In this document: piece by piece, positions 1 through 11,592 of the stretch
Position numbering within the stretch: the first letter of the stretch is position 1
Layout of the letters: the number at the start of each line of letters is the position of its first letter
Assembly (NCBI RefSeq): GCF_001194135.2
Contig: NC_068995.1
Coordinates: 3,190,884 to 3,238,934, forward strand
Direction: 5' to 3'
Length of the DNA: 48,051 bases
Origin: Octopus bimaculoides
Taxonomy: Eukaryota
Notes under the pieces: generated by a model
Seen by the model: only the letters and a program-made list of their open reading frames with translations
The model's database searches: none
Told to the model about the DNA's origin: nothing
Translations under genes and position numbers: made by a program

Positions 1-6
1 TACGAT

Positions 7-270
7 GGCAAGTTGGTAACATCGATAGTAACGCTTTCGCCTTTACGTTTTGAGTTCGAATTCCGCCGCGGTCGTCCTTTCCTTTCATCCTTTCGGGGTC
101 GATAAAATAAGTGTCAGTTGGGTACTAGGCTTGATTTAATAGACTTGCTCTCTCCCCTGAAATAAGTGCCTGTTGAGTATTGGGGGTCAATCTAATCGAC
201 TCGTCCCCACCTCCCCCAAGCTGCCCTTGTGGCAAAAATTTGAAATAATAATAATTATTATTACTATTAT
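7..270 (+). mobile_element. SINE family A copy (5'-degenerate, internally duplicated 3' part)
   Basis: Shares ttacgtt(c)tgagttc(a)aattccgccg.ggtcg...ctttcatcctttcggggtcgataaa with many other copies. Pol III B-box-like GAGTTCGAATTCC and an (ATT)n tail. Confidence 0.8.
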
Positions 271-479
271 TGACTGGAAGAATTGTTGGAGCGTCGGCTA
301 AAAAATGACTCAAACAGTAGTAAATCGATAGAGAGGAGGGTTGATACATGAAGCCCTTTACGTTCTGAGTTCAAATCTCAGCAAGGTCGCTGTAATAAAC
401 TACCAATCAAGTGGTAGGGGGTCACTTTAATGGACCGCACTTCACCTCCACCCACCCTCTCCCTTCGACCACCAAATTC

Positions 480-720
480 GTGAATTTGCGTCGTCAGTAT
501 TACGAGGTGCTGTTTTGTGGCTGCAGAGTAGTCTCCCTTACTCCAGGTAGCAACCTAGCAAGAGCTTCGCTGACTCAATCGAGCAGCTTGATCGAACGAA
601 TGATGATATTGATGAGTTTTCTCTGATAACCATTGAGTAAAATGTTACATCTTTTAAACTGGTGTTCGATGACTCATTTATAAACTTAATCATGCGACAG
701 CAATGAACCACAATAATAAC
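480..720 (-). mobile_element. Possible highly decayed Penelope-like element remnant (RT thumb/linker)
   Basis: One frame reads ...LLNGYQRKLINIIIRSIKLLD*VSEALARLLPGVRETTLQPQN, resembling the Penelope-type NGYP...I...(G)VSE.IAR.L pattern. It has several stops and was recognised by eye only. Confidence 0.35.
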
Positions 721-1280
721 AGTGGATAGTTGCCTTGCCAACAAGAGGCATCTCAACGCGATCGTTTGTAGGTTGGGGGGCGCCCCGAATAAGCTTTTAA
801 GGCCCCGCTTATCAAGGAGGTAGAATCACCTACCTCGCTCTTTTTAGATTCTCAGGCCCAGGGCCGATTAATTTTGCTGTTCATAGATCTTACTTGAAGA
901 AATAACTAACTCTGCTCCAAATTACATCCGAATATCTTAATTTTTATTAAAAAGCGAGGAACGCATATTACAGTTCAAGACATATTAAACCCAAACATAA
1001 TGACGGCAGGGCCTTTGATTATTTAAAAAGCCTAGCAATGTAAGTGTTTCCTTACACCCAGAGTCACATCTATGGCTGAATAAGTGTCATAAAAGAAAAT
1101 AAGTACTCAATACTTGAAAGAGAGTTAGATATTTTTAATAGTAGTAAATCGGTTCAAACAAATTAATCTGAGTTATATGTACATGTGTGTGTGTGTGTGT
1201 GTGCGTGTGTGTATGTGTGTGTGTGTATGTGTGTGTGTGTGTGTGTATAAATATACATATGTATATAATCATGTATTGTG

Positions 1281-1332
<52 letters not shown>

Positions 1333-1706
1333 AAGAGCATGAGAGAAGTTGAAATGAAGTTTTTTAGAGGAGGGAGAAACGGAGAAAGCGAGAGATAGGG
1401 AGAGAAAGAGTGAATTATTGAGGAAATCGAAATATTCTGTTCAGCTTTATCCCGGTTCATTCCAGTGTATGTTTATCCATTCTCTTGTCTGAAATTCTCT
1501 GTGAAATCTATGTCGGTCGGCAACATGTAAAAGCACCACAAATATCCTTTAAGAACCAATCTTTACTCTCCGCTGGTCGACAAATATGGCGACACCAACC
1601 GTCTGGACCACAGACGTGACTGTCAGATGCTGTTATATGTTTAAGGAACAATAATTCATACCAATGGGATATGTGGAGCTACATGTATTATGTTTGAAAG
1701 TGTATT

Positions 1707-1892
1707 ATTTATTGACCATTACACATGTTTCATTTGCTCATAGGAATTACAAAATTGTACATGTAGAAAACATGTAAGAAATTTTCTATTAGAAATTCTT
1801 CAGAGAATCAAATGATGTCTTACATGTTTATCCAACATGTAAAACTTTGTAATTCGTCTTAGCAAATGAAACATGTGTAATGATGAATAAAT
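1707..1892. repeat. Long imperfect inverted repeat (about 73-bp arms, 38-nt spacer)
   Basis: 1717-1738 cattacacatgtttcatttgct is the exact reverse complement of 1861-1882. Pairing continues imperfectly inward to 1779/1818 and outward to 1707/1892. Confidence 0.9.
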
Positions 1893-2103
1893 GACACCAA
1901 TAAATGTTTCCAATCCAACTTCCTCTTTTGTTATACAATAATCCTGCAAACTATATATTTCGAGAATGTTCAACACTAACATCGGCCTCACATCAATGCA
2001 ACAACGACAGCAACAACATAATGGATTCTAGTATTGGAATAAACAGATGTACTTCAAAAGGACACACCTTGGATTTTAAACCTACTTACACAATATATGT
2101 ATG

Positions 2104-2134
<31 letters not shown>

Positions 2135-2336
2135 ATACACACATTATATACATACATACATTGTATACACATTATATGCACATTATATTCAGTATGTATG
2201 TGTATATGTATATATATATATNNNNNNNNNNNNNNNNNNNNNNNNNNNNNNNNNNTTGTATGCACAGACAATCACACACACAAATATGTACACACACACA
2301 CGCACACACACACACACATAGATAGATAGATAGATG

Positions 2337-2412
<76 letters not shown>

Positions 2413-2699
2413 TAAAACCGTGAATCTCAAAGCAGATAAAGCTATTAATAACAGCGTGTAAATATTAGGTTTAAAAATTCTTTGAATCGGAAAAAAAATG
2501 GAAGGCTAGCCGCCGTCTTTTGTAACTCCTTCGAGAGAACGGGAAACAATCATTTTATGTTCTGTCAAAGTTTTTAAATCTATATGACGTCATGTGTGTG
2601 TGTGTATTTATCTTGAAGTTAAGAACAATATACGACCGCTCTCCTGTGAGCTAGATCACGAAGACCATGTACAAATATTAACGCTGTTTATTCGTATGC

Positions 2700-3058
2700 A
2701 CAGGATTGGCTGTGTGGTTGGTAAGATGTTTAATTTTCAACCACATAGTTCGTGGTTTCAGTCCCACTGCATGGCACCTTGGGCAAGTGTCTTCCACTAT
2801 AGCCGCGGACCTACCAAAGTCATATGAGTGGATTCGCTGGAAACTGAAAGAAACCCGTTGTAAATACGTGTGTGTGTGTGTGTGTGTGTGTTTCTGTCTG
2901 TGTTTGTCTCCTATCACTCCTTGACAACTGGCGTTGGCAAAAGACACTGATAGAATAAATACCAGGCTTTAAAAAGACTTGATTCATTCGACTAAAAATT
3001 CTTGAAGACGGTGTCCCAGTATGGCCGCAGTCTAATGGCTGACACAAGTAAAAGATAA
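2700..3058 (+). mobile_element. SINE family B, near full length (tRNA-like head, internal (TG)n)
   Basis: ggctgtgtggttggtaag...ggtttcagtcccactgc.tggcaccttgggcaagtgtctt...ggaaactgaaagaaacccg...ccagtatggccgcagtctaatg.ctga.acaagtaaaaga. Confidence 0.85.
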
Positions 3059-4163
3059 AAAGGAGAGAGAGAGAGAGTGGAGGGAGGATTGAAGAAATTA
3101 ATAAGGTGTAATTAATTACTGTACAGAAACCTAATTAGCAGGTTGCGGTGCAATGTTATTTGATAAGGATACGTGCCCGACGGATNNNNNNNNNNNNNNN
3201 NNNNNNNNNNNNNNNNNNNNNNNNNNNNNNNNNNNNNNNNNNNNNNNNNNNNNNNNNNNNNNNNNNNNNNNNNNNNNNNNNNNNNNNNNNNNNNNNNNNN
3301 NNNNNNNNNNNNNNNNNNNNNNNNNNNNNNNNNNNNNNNNNNNNNNNNNNNNNNNNNNNNNNNNNNNNNNNNNNNNNNNNNNNNNNNNNNNNNNNNNNNN
3401 NNNNNNNNNNNNNNNNNNNNNNNNNNNNNNNNNNNNNNNNNNNNNNNNNNNNNNNNNNNNNNNNNNNNNNNNNNNNNNNNNNNNNNNNNNNNNNNNNNNN
3501 NNNNNNNNNNNNNNNNNNNNNNNNNNNNNNNNNNNNNNNNNNNNNNNNNNNNNNNNNNNNNNNNNNNNNNNNNNNNNNNNNNNNNNNNNNNNNNNNNNNN
3601 NNNNNNNNNNNNNNNNNNNNNNNNNNNNNNNNNNNNNNNNNNNNNNNNNNNNNNNNNNNNNNNNNNNNNNNNNNNNNNNNNNNNNNNNNNNNNNNNNNNN
3701 NNNNNNNNNNNNNNNNNNNNNNNNNNNNNNNNNNNNNNNNNNNNNNNNNNNNNNNNNNNNNNNNNNNNNNNNNNNNNNNNNNNNNNNNNNNNNNNNNNNN
3801 NNNNNNNNNNNNNNNNNNNNNNNNNNNNNNNNNNNNNNNNNNNNNNNNNNNNNNNNNNNNNNNNNNNNNNNNNNNNNNNNNNNNNNNNNNNNNNNNNNNN
3901 NNNNNNNNNNNNNNNNNNNNNNNNNNNNNNNNNNNNNNNNNNNNNNNNNNNNNNNNNNNNNNNTTTTCTTTACTTAATTTTTGAGAGCGGTCGGGTTCCT
4001 TTTTAGTATTCTCGTTTGGGAGAACAGTCAAGTTTATTTCAGATATTCTAATTTTAAAAATCATCTCTGGCTAATCATGGAGAGGACATTGGGTTTGTCT
4101 TGGCGGAGGTATGCACTCCCTGAGTGCTCTTGTTATTATTATTATTATTATAGTTGACTCTAA

Positions 4164-4365
4164 GGCGGCGAGCTAGCAGAATCGTTAGAACATCGGATAA
4201 AATGCTTAACAGCATTTTGTCCGTCTTTACGTTCTGAGTTTAAATTTCGCCGAGGTCGACTTTGCCTTTCGTCCTTTCGGAGTCGATAAATTAAGTACCA
4301 GTGAAACACTGGGGTTCGATGTAATCGACTCACCCTCTCCCCTCAAATTGTTGCCCATTATTAAT
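4164..4365 (+). mobile_element. SINE family A, near full length
   Basis: ggcggcgagctagcagaatcgttag head, B-box-like GAGTTTAAATTTC and shared body; aligns by eye with 9396-9610 and 19906-20128. Confidence 0.88.
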
Positions 4366-4426
4366 GTTGACTCTGGTAGTGTGAACAGGGTTTTAAGTCT
4401 CTATTCGGAGCATGTTTTCTTCCAGA

Positions 4427-4785
4427 CGCAGGAGTAGCTGTGTGGTAAGAAGCTTTCTTCCCAGCCACACGGTACCGGGTTCAGTCCTACTGTGTGGCAC
4501 CTTGGTCAAGTGTCTTCTACTATAGCCTCGGACCAACCAAAGCCTTGTGAATGGATTTGGTAGAAGGAAACTGAAAGAAGCCCGTCGTATATATACATGT
4601 ATGCGTTCGTTGTTTGTGTCAGTATTTGTCCCGCCACCATCGCTTGAAAAGGTAGCGGTTCGGCAAAAAGAGACCGATAGAATAAGTGCTAGGCTTTACA
4701 AAGAATAAGTCCTGGCGTCGATTTATTCGACCAAAAGTGGTGCTCCTGCATAGCCGCAGCAAATGACTGAAACAAGTAAAAGAGT
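4427..4785 (+). mobile_element. SINE family B, near full length
   Basis: Same diagnostic blocks as 2700-3058. Confidence 0.88.
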
Positions 4786-6062
4786 CCTCGATACTTGCGG
4801 ATGAACAACATAAAAATGAGGTTTTTTAAATCTTATTTACGCACATTTTCTCATTCAAAATGGCTTCCACACATAATTATACCATCTCGATAAAACACTT
4901 CCATAGCTTTTTTTTAAAAATCAATACAAAATCGAAACACTACTAAATGAACAAGAGGAAGAAAAAATGAACAATACAGTAAAAAAATTGATAGAAAATG
5001 GTTAAAATATTCAAATTATTTGGAAAGCAGCAAAAACAACTTAAACAATAGGAAAAACTACAATGGCAGCAACATCATGAACAACAACAGGAACGACCAC
5101 AATTACAATCATTCGACTGTAGCAAGAATTTTAAAACACTTCAGAAAAGAATGTTTACCTGGTTTGACAATGATGTCTGATAAACATGTTTGAAGCTGTT
5201 CTCTTGATAGTCTATTTATCTCATTCAACTTCCTGCTTATCTCACACTCTATTTCCTTGTTATCACGCCGAACCTTTTCATTGAACTCACACACGCTAGT
5301 TATTTCACTGAAAATTTCTTGTAATACCTCGCTGAGTCTTCTAGTAACTTCTTTTGAATCTTTTGGTAATATCTCACTGAACTTCCTAGTTATTTCAATG
5401 AAAAATTCTGGTATTCTGGTACCGAACTTGCCTATGATGTCTGTGGGTTTTCAAGTTATCTCTCCAGACGTTTTGGCTATCTCAGACGAATTTCTGATTA
5501 CATTGATAGATCTTCTGGTGGTTTCAACGAACCTCCTGGTTATATGTCTCTGGACACTCAGCTTACTTCAGATAGCACCTATTGGAACATACCAGCAACC
5601 TCTAAACTTCCACTGATATCCACAAAGGAGTCCAAAGAAAAAATCTAATGAAAGAACTCAACAATCAACCGTTTTCGATGTTTCTTGTACAAGAGCTTAT
5701 AATGTTTTTACACAAATATTTCCTTGAGTCACGAGGAAATGTTACAGAAAAATATTTGGAAGAAAGAAGTGAAAAAGTTAACAAAAATCAGTTTAAATAA
5801 ATATTAAAGAAAAGTTAGAAAGATGAAATTGTTTGCAAAAAGTAAAAATGGACGTGACATTTGTCCTGTCTCTGGTTGGCGTTGTGCAAATATCTGTAGC
5901 TGGAGTTGAAGTTAACATCACACAAGGGACATTTACAAGGTATTACTCCCGTCTGTCGGTCTGTCTACCTGTCTGCCTGCCTGTCCGTCTGTTTGTGTCT
6001 CTCTTTCTCTGTCTACCTCTCTCTCTCTCTCTCTCTCTTTCTTTCTTTCACACACGCACACA

Positions 6063-6108
<46 letters not shown>

Positions 6109-7214
6109 CTCTGACTACCTTCCTCTCTACCAATCTCTTTCATTTTCTCTCTTTCTGTATTTGTTTCTCTGACTCTGTCTGTCTATTTGTTTGTCTGTCA
6201 GTTTATCTGTCGCTCTCTCTCTCTCTCTCTCTNNNNNNNNNNNNNNNNNNNNNNNNNNNNNNNNNNNNNNNNNNNNNNNNNNNNNNNNNNNNNNNNNNNN
6301 NNNNNNNNNNNNNNNNNNNNNNNNNNNNNNNNNNNNNNNNNNNNNNNNNNNNNNNNNNNNNNNNNNNNNNNNNNNNNNNNNNNNNNNNNNNNNNNNNNNN
6401 NNNNNNNNNNNNNNNNNNNNNNNNNNNNNNNNNNNNNNNNNNNNNNNNNNNNNNNNNNNNNNNNNNNNNNNNNNNNNNNNNNNNNNNNNNNNNNNNNNNN
6501 NNNNNNNNNNNNNNNNNNNNNNNNNNNNNNNNNNNNNNNNNNNNNNNNNNNNNNNNNNNNNNNNNNNNNNNNNNNNNNNNNNNNNNNNNNNNNNNNNNNN
6601 NNNNNNNNNNNNNNNNNNNNNNNNNNNNNNNNNNNNNNNNNNNNNNNNNNNNNNNNNNNNNNNNNNNNNNNNNNNNNNNNNNNNNNNNNNNNNNNNNNNN
6701 NNNNNNNNNNNNNNNNNNNNNNNNNNNNNNNNNNNNNNNNNNNNNNNNNNNNNNNNNNNNNNNNNNNNNNNNNNNNNNNNNNNNNNNNNNNNNNNNNNNN
6801 NNNNNNNNNNNNNNNNNNNNNNNNNNNNNNNNNNNNNNNNNNNNNNNNNNNNNNNNNNNNNNNNNNNNNNNNNNNNNNNNNNNNNNNNNNNNNNNNNNNN
6901 NNNNNNNNNNNNNNNNNNNNNNNNNNNNNNNNNNNNNNNNNNNNNNNNNNNNNNNNNNNNNNNNNNNNNNNNNNNNNNNNNNNNNNNNNNNNNNNNNNNN
7001 NNNNNNNNNNNNNNNNNNNNNNNNNNNNNNNNNNNNNNNNNNNNNNNNNNNNNNNNNNNNNNNNNNNNNNNNNNNNNNNNNNNNNNNNNNNNNNNNNNNN
7101 NNNNNNNNNNNNNNNNNNNNNNNNNNNNNNNNNNNNNNNNNNNNNNNNNNNNNNNNNNNNNNGTAGGCGATGGCACCTTTGTTGGTGCAGCTCCGTCACA
7201 CACGCACACACACG

Positions 7215-7325
7215 ACAGGCTTCCACACAGTTTCCGTCGACCAAATTCACTCATAGGTCATTGGTCGGTCCGGTGCTATAATAGTAAAAGGCATTCGCCC
7301 AAGGTTGCCGCGTAATGGGTCTGAA
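7215..7325 (-). mobile_element. SINE family B, 5' fragment, reverse orientation
   Basis: ccaaattcactcataggtcattggtcggtccgg.gctataatagta...gcccaaggttgccgcg...ctgaacc is the reverse complement of the family B head. Confidence 0.7.
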
Positions 7326-8397
7326 CCTAAAAAGGCCGTTCTTACAAAGTGAACGCCTTCATATTTATTCTTAAAGCACATTCTGCTTCTCCCAGGACTC
7401 CAGACTTGTGTGTGTGGGTGTCGTAATCGTGTGTGGTAGGCAGAGGAGCTGGAAAGAAGTAGGAAATGGTTTTTGCAGAGTAAAATGCAAATCAAAACAG
7501 GAAGCGGGAAAAAATGTTGAACAACGCCAAAAATTGTTTTCCCGTCTCCGGCTTTGCTACTTATACATACATACACACACACACATACATACGTACGTAC
7601 GTACGTACATACATACATACATACATACATACATACATACATACGTACTGCATGCTTGTATGCATACATACATACATACATACATACATGAATACATACA
7701 TACACGTATATATACATATATATTTGCATGCATGCATACATACATACATATATACATACGTACATATATATACACATACATATATATGTACATATATACA
7801 TGCATGCATACATACATACATACATACATGCAATAAATGCATACATACATACATATATATACATGCATGCTTGCTTACATACACATACATACGTAACATA
7901 CATAATACATACATTCATACATACATGCATACACATACACACATACACACACATACATACATACGAACTTACGTGTATGTGTGTGTGTGCGCGCGCGCGC
8001 GCGCGTGTAATTGTAAAACGTCGCACACATACATAAAAGGCATTACTCGGATTTCCTGAGGACCCAGCGACATGAGTAATATAAGATATTTAACCTGAGA
8101 TTGAAACCTGTATCGTTTGCTGAATTGCAGTTTCTTGAAAGGTAAGCATCCAGTCTGAGAAAAATAACTGACCACCGTATTTTCAATCAGTCAATACTAT
8201 AGAGATGTGCAGAGGTGAGGTAGGCATTGGTGAACAATATTTTAAGCAACCAAATGCAAGGGAGACAACTCGCATTTAAAAAACTGCGCGTGCGGACGTA
8301 TGTATGTTTGTACATACATACATACATACATACATACATACATACATACATACATACATACATACATTGTTTTTATGTCAAATTACGTGTGCGTAAT

Positions 8398-8512
8398 TTG
8401 CCTTTCATCCTTTTGGTGTGGTTAAATTAAGTACCAGTTGCGTACTGGGGTCGATCTAATCGACTGGCATCCTCCCCCAAAATTTTGGGCCTTGTGCCTA
8501 GAGTAGAAAAGA
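8398..8512 (+). mobile_element. SINE family A, 3' half
   Basis: ttgcctttcatcc...aattaagtaccagt...tactggggtcgatctaatcgact...ggccttgtgcctagagtagaaaag. Confidence 0.8.
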
Positions 8513-9101
8513 TGATATGCTTGTGAAGTCTTGGTTGAAGAATTGAGAATTCTTTCTTTACATCATTTTCTTCGTTGCTTGAAGAAAGACTTCAAGAGTT
8601 GTCTACCTTGCATTACTCGTTCTCAGTTTTTATAGACTTATTACAATACTCTTCTGTCTGTCTGTCTGTCTGTCTGTCTTTCATTGTCTGTCTGTCTTTC
8701 ATTGTCTCTGTCTCTCCCTTTCTCTCTGTCTCTCTTTCTCTCTCTTGTTTCTCCCTATCTTTGTCTCTTCCTCGCTCTGTCAAACACGCACGCATACACA
8801 CACACACACACGCATACATACGCGCGCGCACCTATACGCTGCCTTCTCGCGAACGTCGGCTGCCCTTTCGGTTGCACTTACGTTCATGCATTCCCAGCAT
8901 ACATCCATGGTGAAAGTCAACTCGTGACCGAGTAAGACCAATTCTTAAACCCGATGCCCCCTAAGAAACATCTCGCGTTTTGTGTCCCCATCCTTGATGG
9001 CCTCTCATATGGCTCCCACAAACCCAAGTGAATCAAATGACAGACCCACATATCTTCTATGTGCACTGGAGAACATGCTACATATCAAACATATATACAT
9101 A

Positions 9102-9366
9102 GGCGTGGCTAAGTAGCTTACTTCTGAACCACATGGATCCGGGTTCAGTCACATTGCGTGACACCTTGGGCAAGTGTCTTCTAGTATAACCTCGGGCCGA
9201 CCAAAACCTTGTAAGTGGATTTGGCAGGTGGAAACTGAAAGAAGCCCGTCGTATATATAGGCTACAAAGTCACTTAAATCATTTGAGCAGGATACGACGC
9301 AGTGGGTCTGAACCCGGAATCATGTGGTTGGGAAGCAAGCCTCTTACCACACACACAACCACGCCT
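9102..9366. mobile_element. Two oppositely oriented SINE family B 5' halves (plus 9102-9258, minus 9285-9366)
   Basis: aaccacatggatccgggttcagtcacattgcgt on plus faces acgcagtgggtctgaacccggaatcatgtggtt, its reverse complement. Confidence 0.82.
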
Positions 9367-9395
9367 GCACCGAATGGTGAATAAATATTTAAAGC

Positions 9396-9610
9396 AGGGC
9401 AGCGAGCTGGCAAAATCGTTAGCGCACCGGGCGAAATGCTTAGCGATCTTTCGCCCGTCGTTACGTTCTGAGTTCAAATTCCGCCGAGGTCAACTTTGCC
9501 TTTTATTCTTTCAGGGTCGATAAATTAAGTACCAGTAAAACACTGAGGGCTTCGATGTAATCGACTTGACCCCTCCCCCCAAATTTCAGGCCCTGTAGAA
9601 AAGATTATTA
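9396..9610 (+). mobile_element. SINE family A, near full length
   Basis: Head ggcagcgagctggcaaaatcgttagc, B-box GAGTTCAAATTCC, shared body and gattatta tail. Confidence 0.88.
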
Positions 9611-10358
9611 AGAAAGAAAACAATTTGAGGCGGTGAAGGTTCTGAACCTGTGAGGATTAAAATGGAATTTAAAAACCGTTTTTTTTTTAAAGCTTTAATA
9701 ATAAAAATCAAAAAAAAAAAAAAACACTAGTAAAAGAATGGATTGCGAGGTGAAATGCACGCTTAAGCAAATGTGCTCTTTATTGGTTGCTCTACCGATT
9801 CTACAGAACTACAGATAGTAACGAATAGCTAATAGAACATATACAACAACACAAGACAAACAATTTTAGATTTACAGAAATATCGTTGTTGTTGTTGCTG
9901 TACTCGTTTTCGCTATTGCTGCATTTGTTGTTGTTGTTGCTGCTGTTATGGTTGTTGTTGTTGTTGTTGTTGTTGCTGTTTAATGTTGATTGACAAGACA
10001 TTCAGCCATTCAGACAAGCAACGTGTTTCCACGTCTCCCCAATTAAAAAAGGTTTACTAATTCCTTGTGGAATGCGAAGAGTTTGCTCGCCAAAAGTCTG
10101 ACCGTTGACAGAACCGTCAGCCAGACATTCTCCCTCCTCCAGGACAGATCCACCAATTAACAGCTTCACAAAAATTCTTTGGACATCACATGATTCCTCC
10201 ACTCTTCGACATTATTCCAGTATTTCCTGGTTCCTACGAAACCAAATTATTTGTAAAAATCGTAGAATTTTCCGAATGGTTATTTTTATTATTATTATTT
10301 TCTTTTTTGATTATTCATTTGTAACATACACATTTTCTCCGGATAGGTTACTGATGCC

Positions 10359-10389
<31 letters not shown>

Positions 10390-10439
10390 CGCGCGCGCAT
10401 ACATACATACGCGCGCGCACGTGTGGATGTATGTATGTA

Positions 10440-10670
10440 TGTATGTATATGTATGTGCGTGTGTCTGTGTTTGTCCCCCATCACCGCTTGACAACCGGTG
10501 CTGGTTTGTTTATGTCCCCGTAACTTAGCAGTTCGGCAAATGAAAAAGGATAGAATAAATACCAGGCTTACAAAAAATATAAAAGTCCTGGAGTCGATTC
10601 ATTCGAGTAAAAATTCTTCAAGGCGGTGCCCCAGCTTGGCCGCAGTCTAATGAGTGAAACAAGTAACAAA
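10440..10670 (+). mobile_element. SINE family B, 3' half
   Basis: tgtttgtccccc..caccgcttgacaaccggtg...cccgtaacttagc.gttcggcaaa...ggccgcagtctaatga.tgaaacaagtaa. Confidence 0.85.
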
Positions 10671-11080
10671 TAAAGATCTAAAATATAAATATAAGCCAAA
10701 TATGGCTAAAATTATTGTGTCTAATGAAATTAGGAGGAGATATTTTCGTTAAATAAAATCACTGATTCGTTCATCGCGGTTCCTGGATAACACGGTCACT
10801 CAATTGGGAATCTTACTTATTACGGATTTATGTGTAATGACACGAGTCGCCTATCAATGAATGATGCTGCTCGAGTCACTAAAGCTCGCCCCAGAGATCA
10901 TCCACGATGCTCAGGACAACATGAGGTCTCAGAACAAAACCGATTTTTCTCATATTCATTTTATTTCGTTTCCTTTTTAAAAACCAAACACCCGTGATAA
11001 ACGAGGATAGATGTATCAGAGATTCAACTTCGAATTTGCCAGAATACTCGTGTTAGATTCATCGGCCTGATGGCGGGTAG

Positions 11081-11131
11081 CTTCGACTGATGAGACACAT
11101 AACAGAGTCGAAACACGGCGGTGTTTCAAAG
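11081..11131 (+). ncRNA. Type I hammerhead ribozyme-like motif (slightly degenerate)
   Basis: CTTCGA-CTGATGA-GAC(acataacaga)GTC-GAAA-CAC(ggcg)GTG-TT-TCAAAG. It has the catalytic core, stems II and III, and a stem I with one mismatch. The cleavage triplet is GUU. Confidence 0.55.
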
Positions 11132-11284
11132 TCTCCTTATCCTGGTGAATCGCGCGTGTTATAAGGCACATCGTCTAAAAGGGGGTGGTGTTCTCTGATG
11201 ACGAGATACAACAGCAATCAACATATTCAGTTTCGAATATGTCAGGTATTCTTGTACAAGTCGACGCAGTATATATTTAAAAAT

Positions 11285-11592
11285 AAGGTACTCCGTCAGC
11301 TACGACGATGAGTGTTCCAGTTGATTTGGTCAACAGAACAGCCTGCTCGTGAAATTAACGTGCAAGTGGCTGAGCACTCCACAGATATGCTTACCCTTAA
11401 CGTGGATGTCAGAGAGATTCAGTATGACACAAAGTGTAAACAAGGCTGACCCTTTCAATTACTGGTACAACTCATTTTTGCCAGCTGATTGGACTGGAGC
11501 AACATGGTATAAAATATCTTGCTTAAGGATGCAACGCGTCGGGTCTCGACCTTACGATCGTAAACCGAGCGATCTAACCACTAAGCCACGCA
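11285..11592 (-). mobile_element. SINE family C (tRNA-derived head), reverse orientation
   Basis: ccagttgat...gtgaaattaacgtgcaagtggctgagcactccacag...ctaaccactaagccacgc. The reverse complement begins gcgtggcttagtggttag (A-box-like). Confidence 0.85.

Noticed and set aside
538-756. Cadherin-like phrase FYSMVIRENSSISSFV in a minus-strand ORF
   Set aside because: The DxDxGxN and other cadherin motifs do not follow, and another frame fits a transposon relic better.
1540-1640. CCAAT plus AATATGGCG (YY1-like) motif followed by ATG GCG, a possible promoter or first exon
   Set aside because: The frame closes after 22 codons, there is no convincing donor, and the motifs are short enough to arise by chance.
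3148-7315. Long ORFs (270-375 aa) in the ORF track
   Set aside because: They consist of X residues spanning N-gaps. The same holds for the other gap-spanning ORFs in the window.
7975-8010. (TG)n(CG)n alternating purine-pyrimidine tract with Z-DNA potential (similar at about 10360-10430 and 8790-8830)
   Set aside because: Such tracts are ubiquitous in this genome type and nothing suggests a locus-specific role.
7247-8059. HTYI/MYVC-rich ORFs, and poly-Thr, poly-Val, poly-Ile and ER-repeat ORFs elsewhere
   Set aside because: These are translations of (CATA)n, (CA)n, (GA)n and trinucleotide microsatellites with no coding evidence.
8040-8180. Splice-like signals on both strands (AAG|GTAAGC on plus; ttatttttctcag| on minus)
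   Set aside because: Isolated sites with no partner exon or recognisable peptide.
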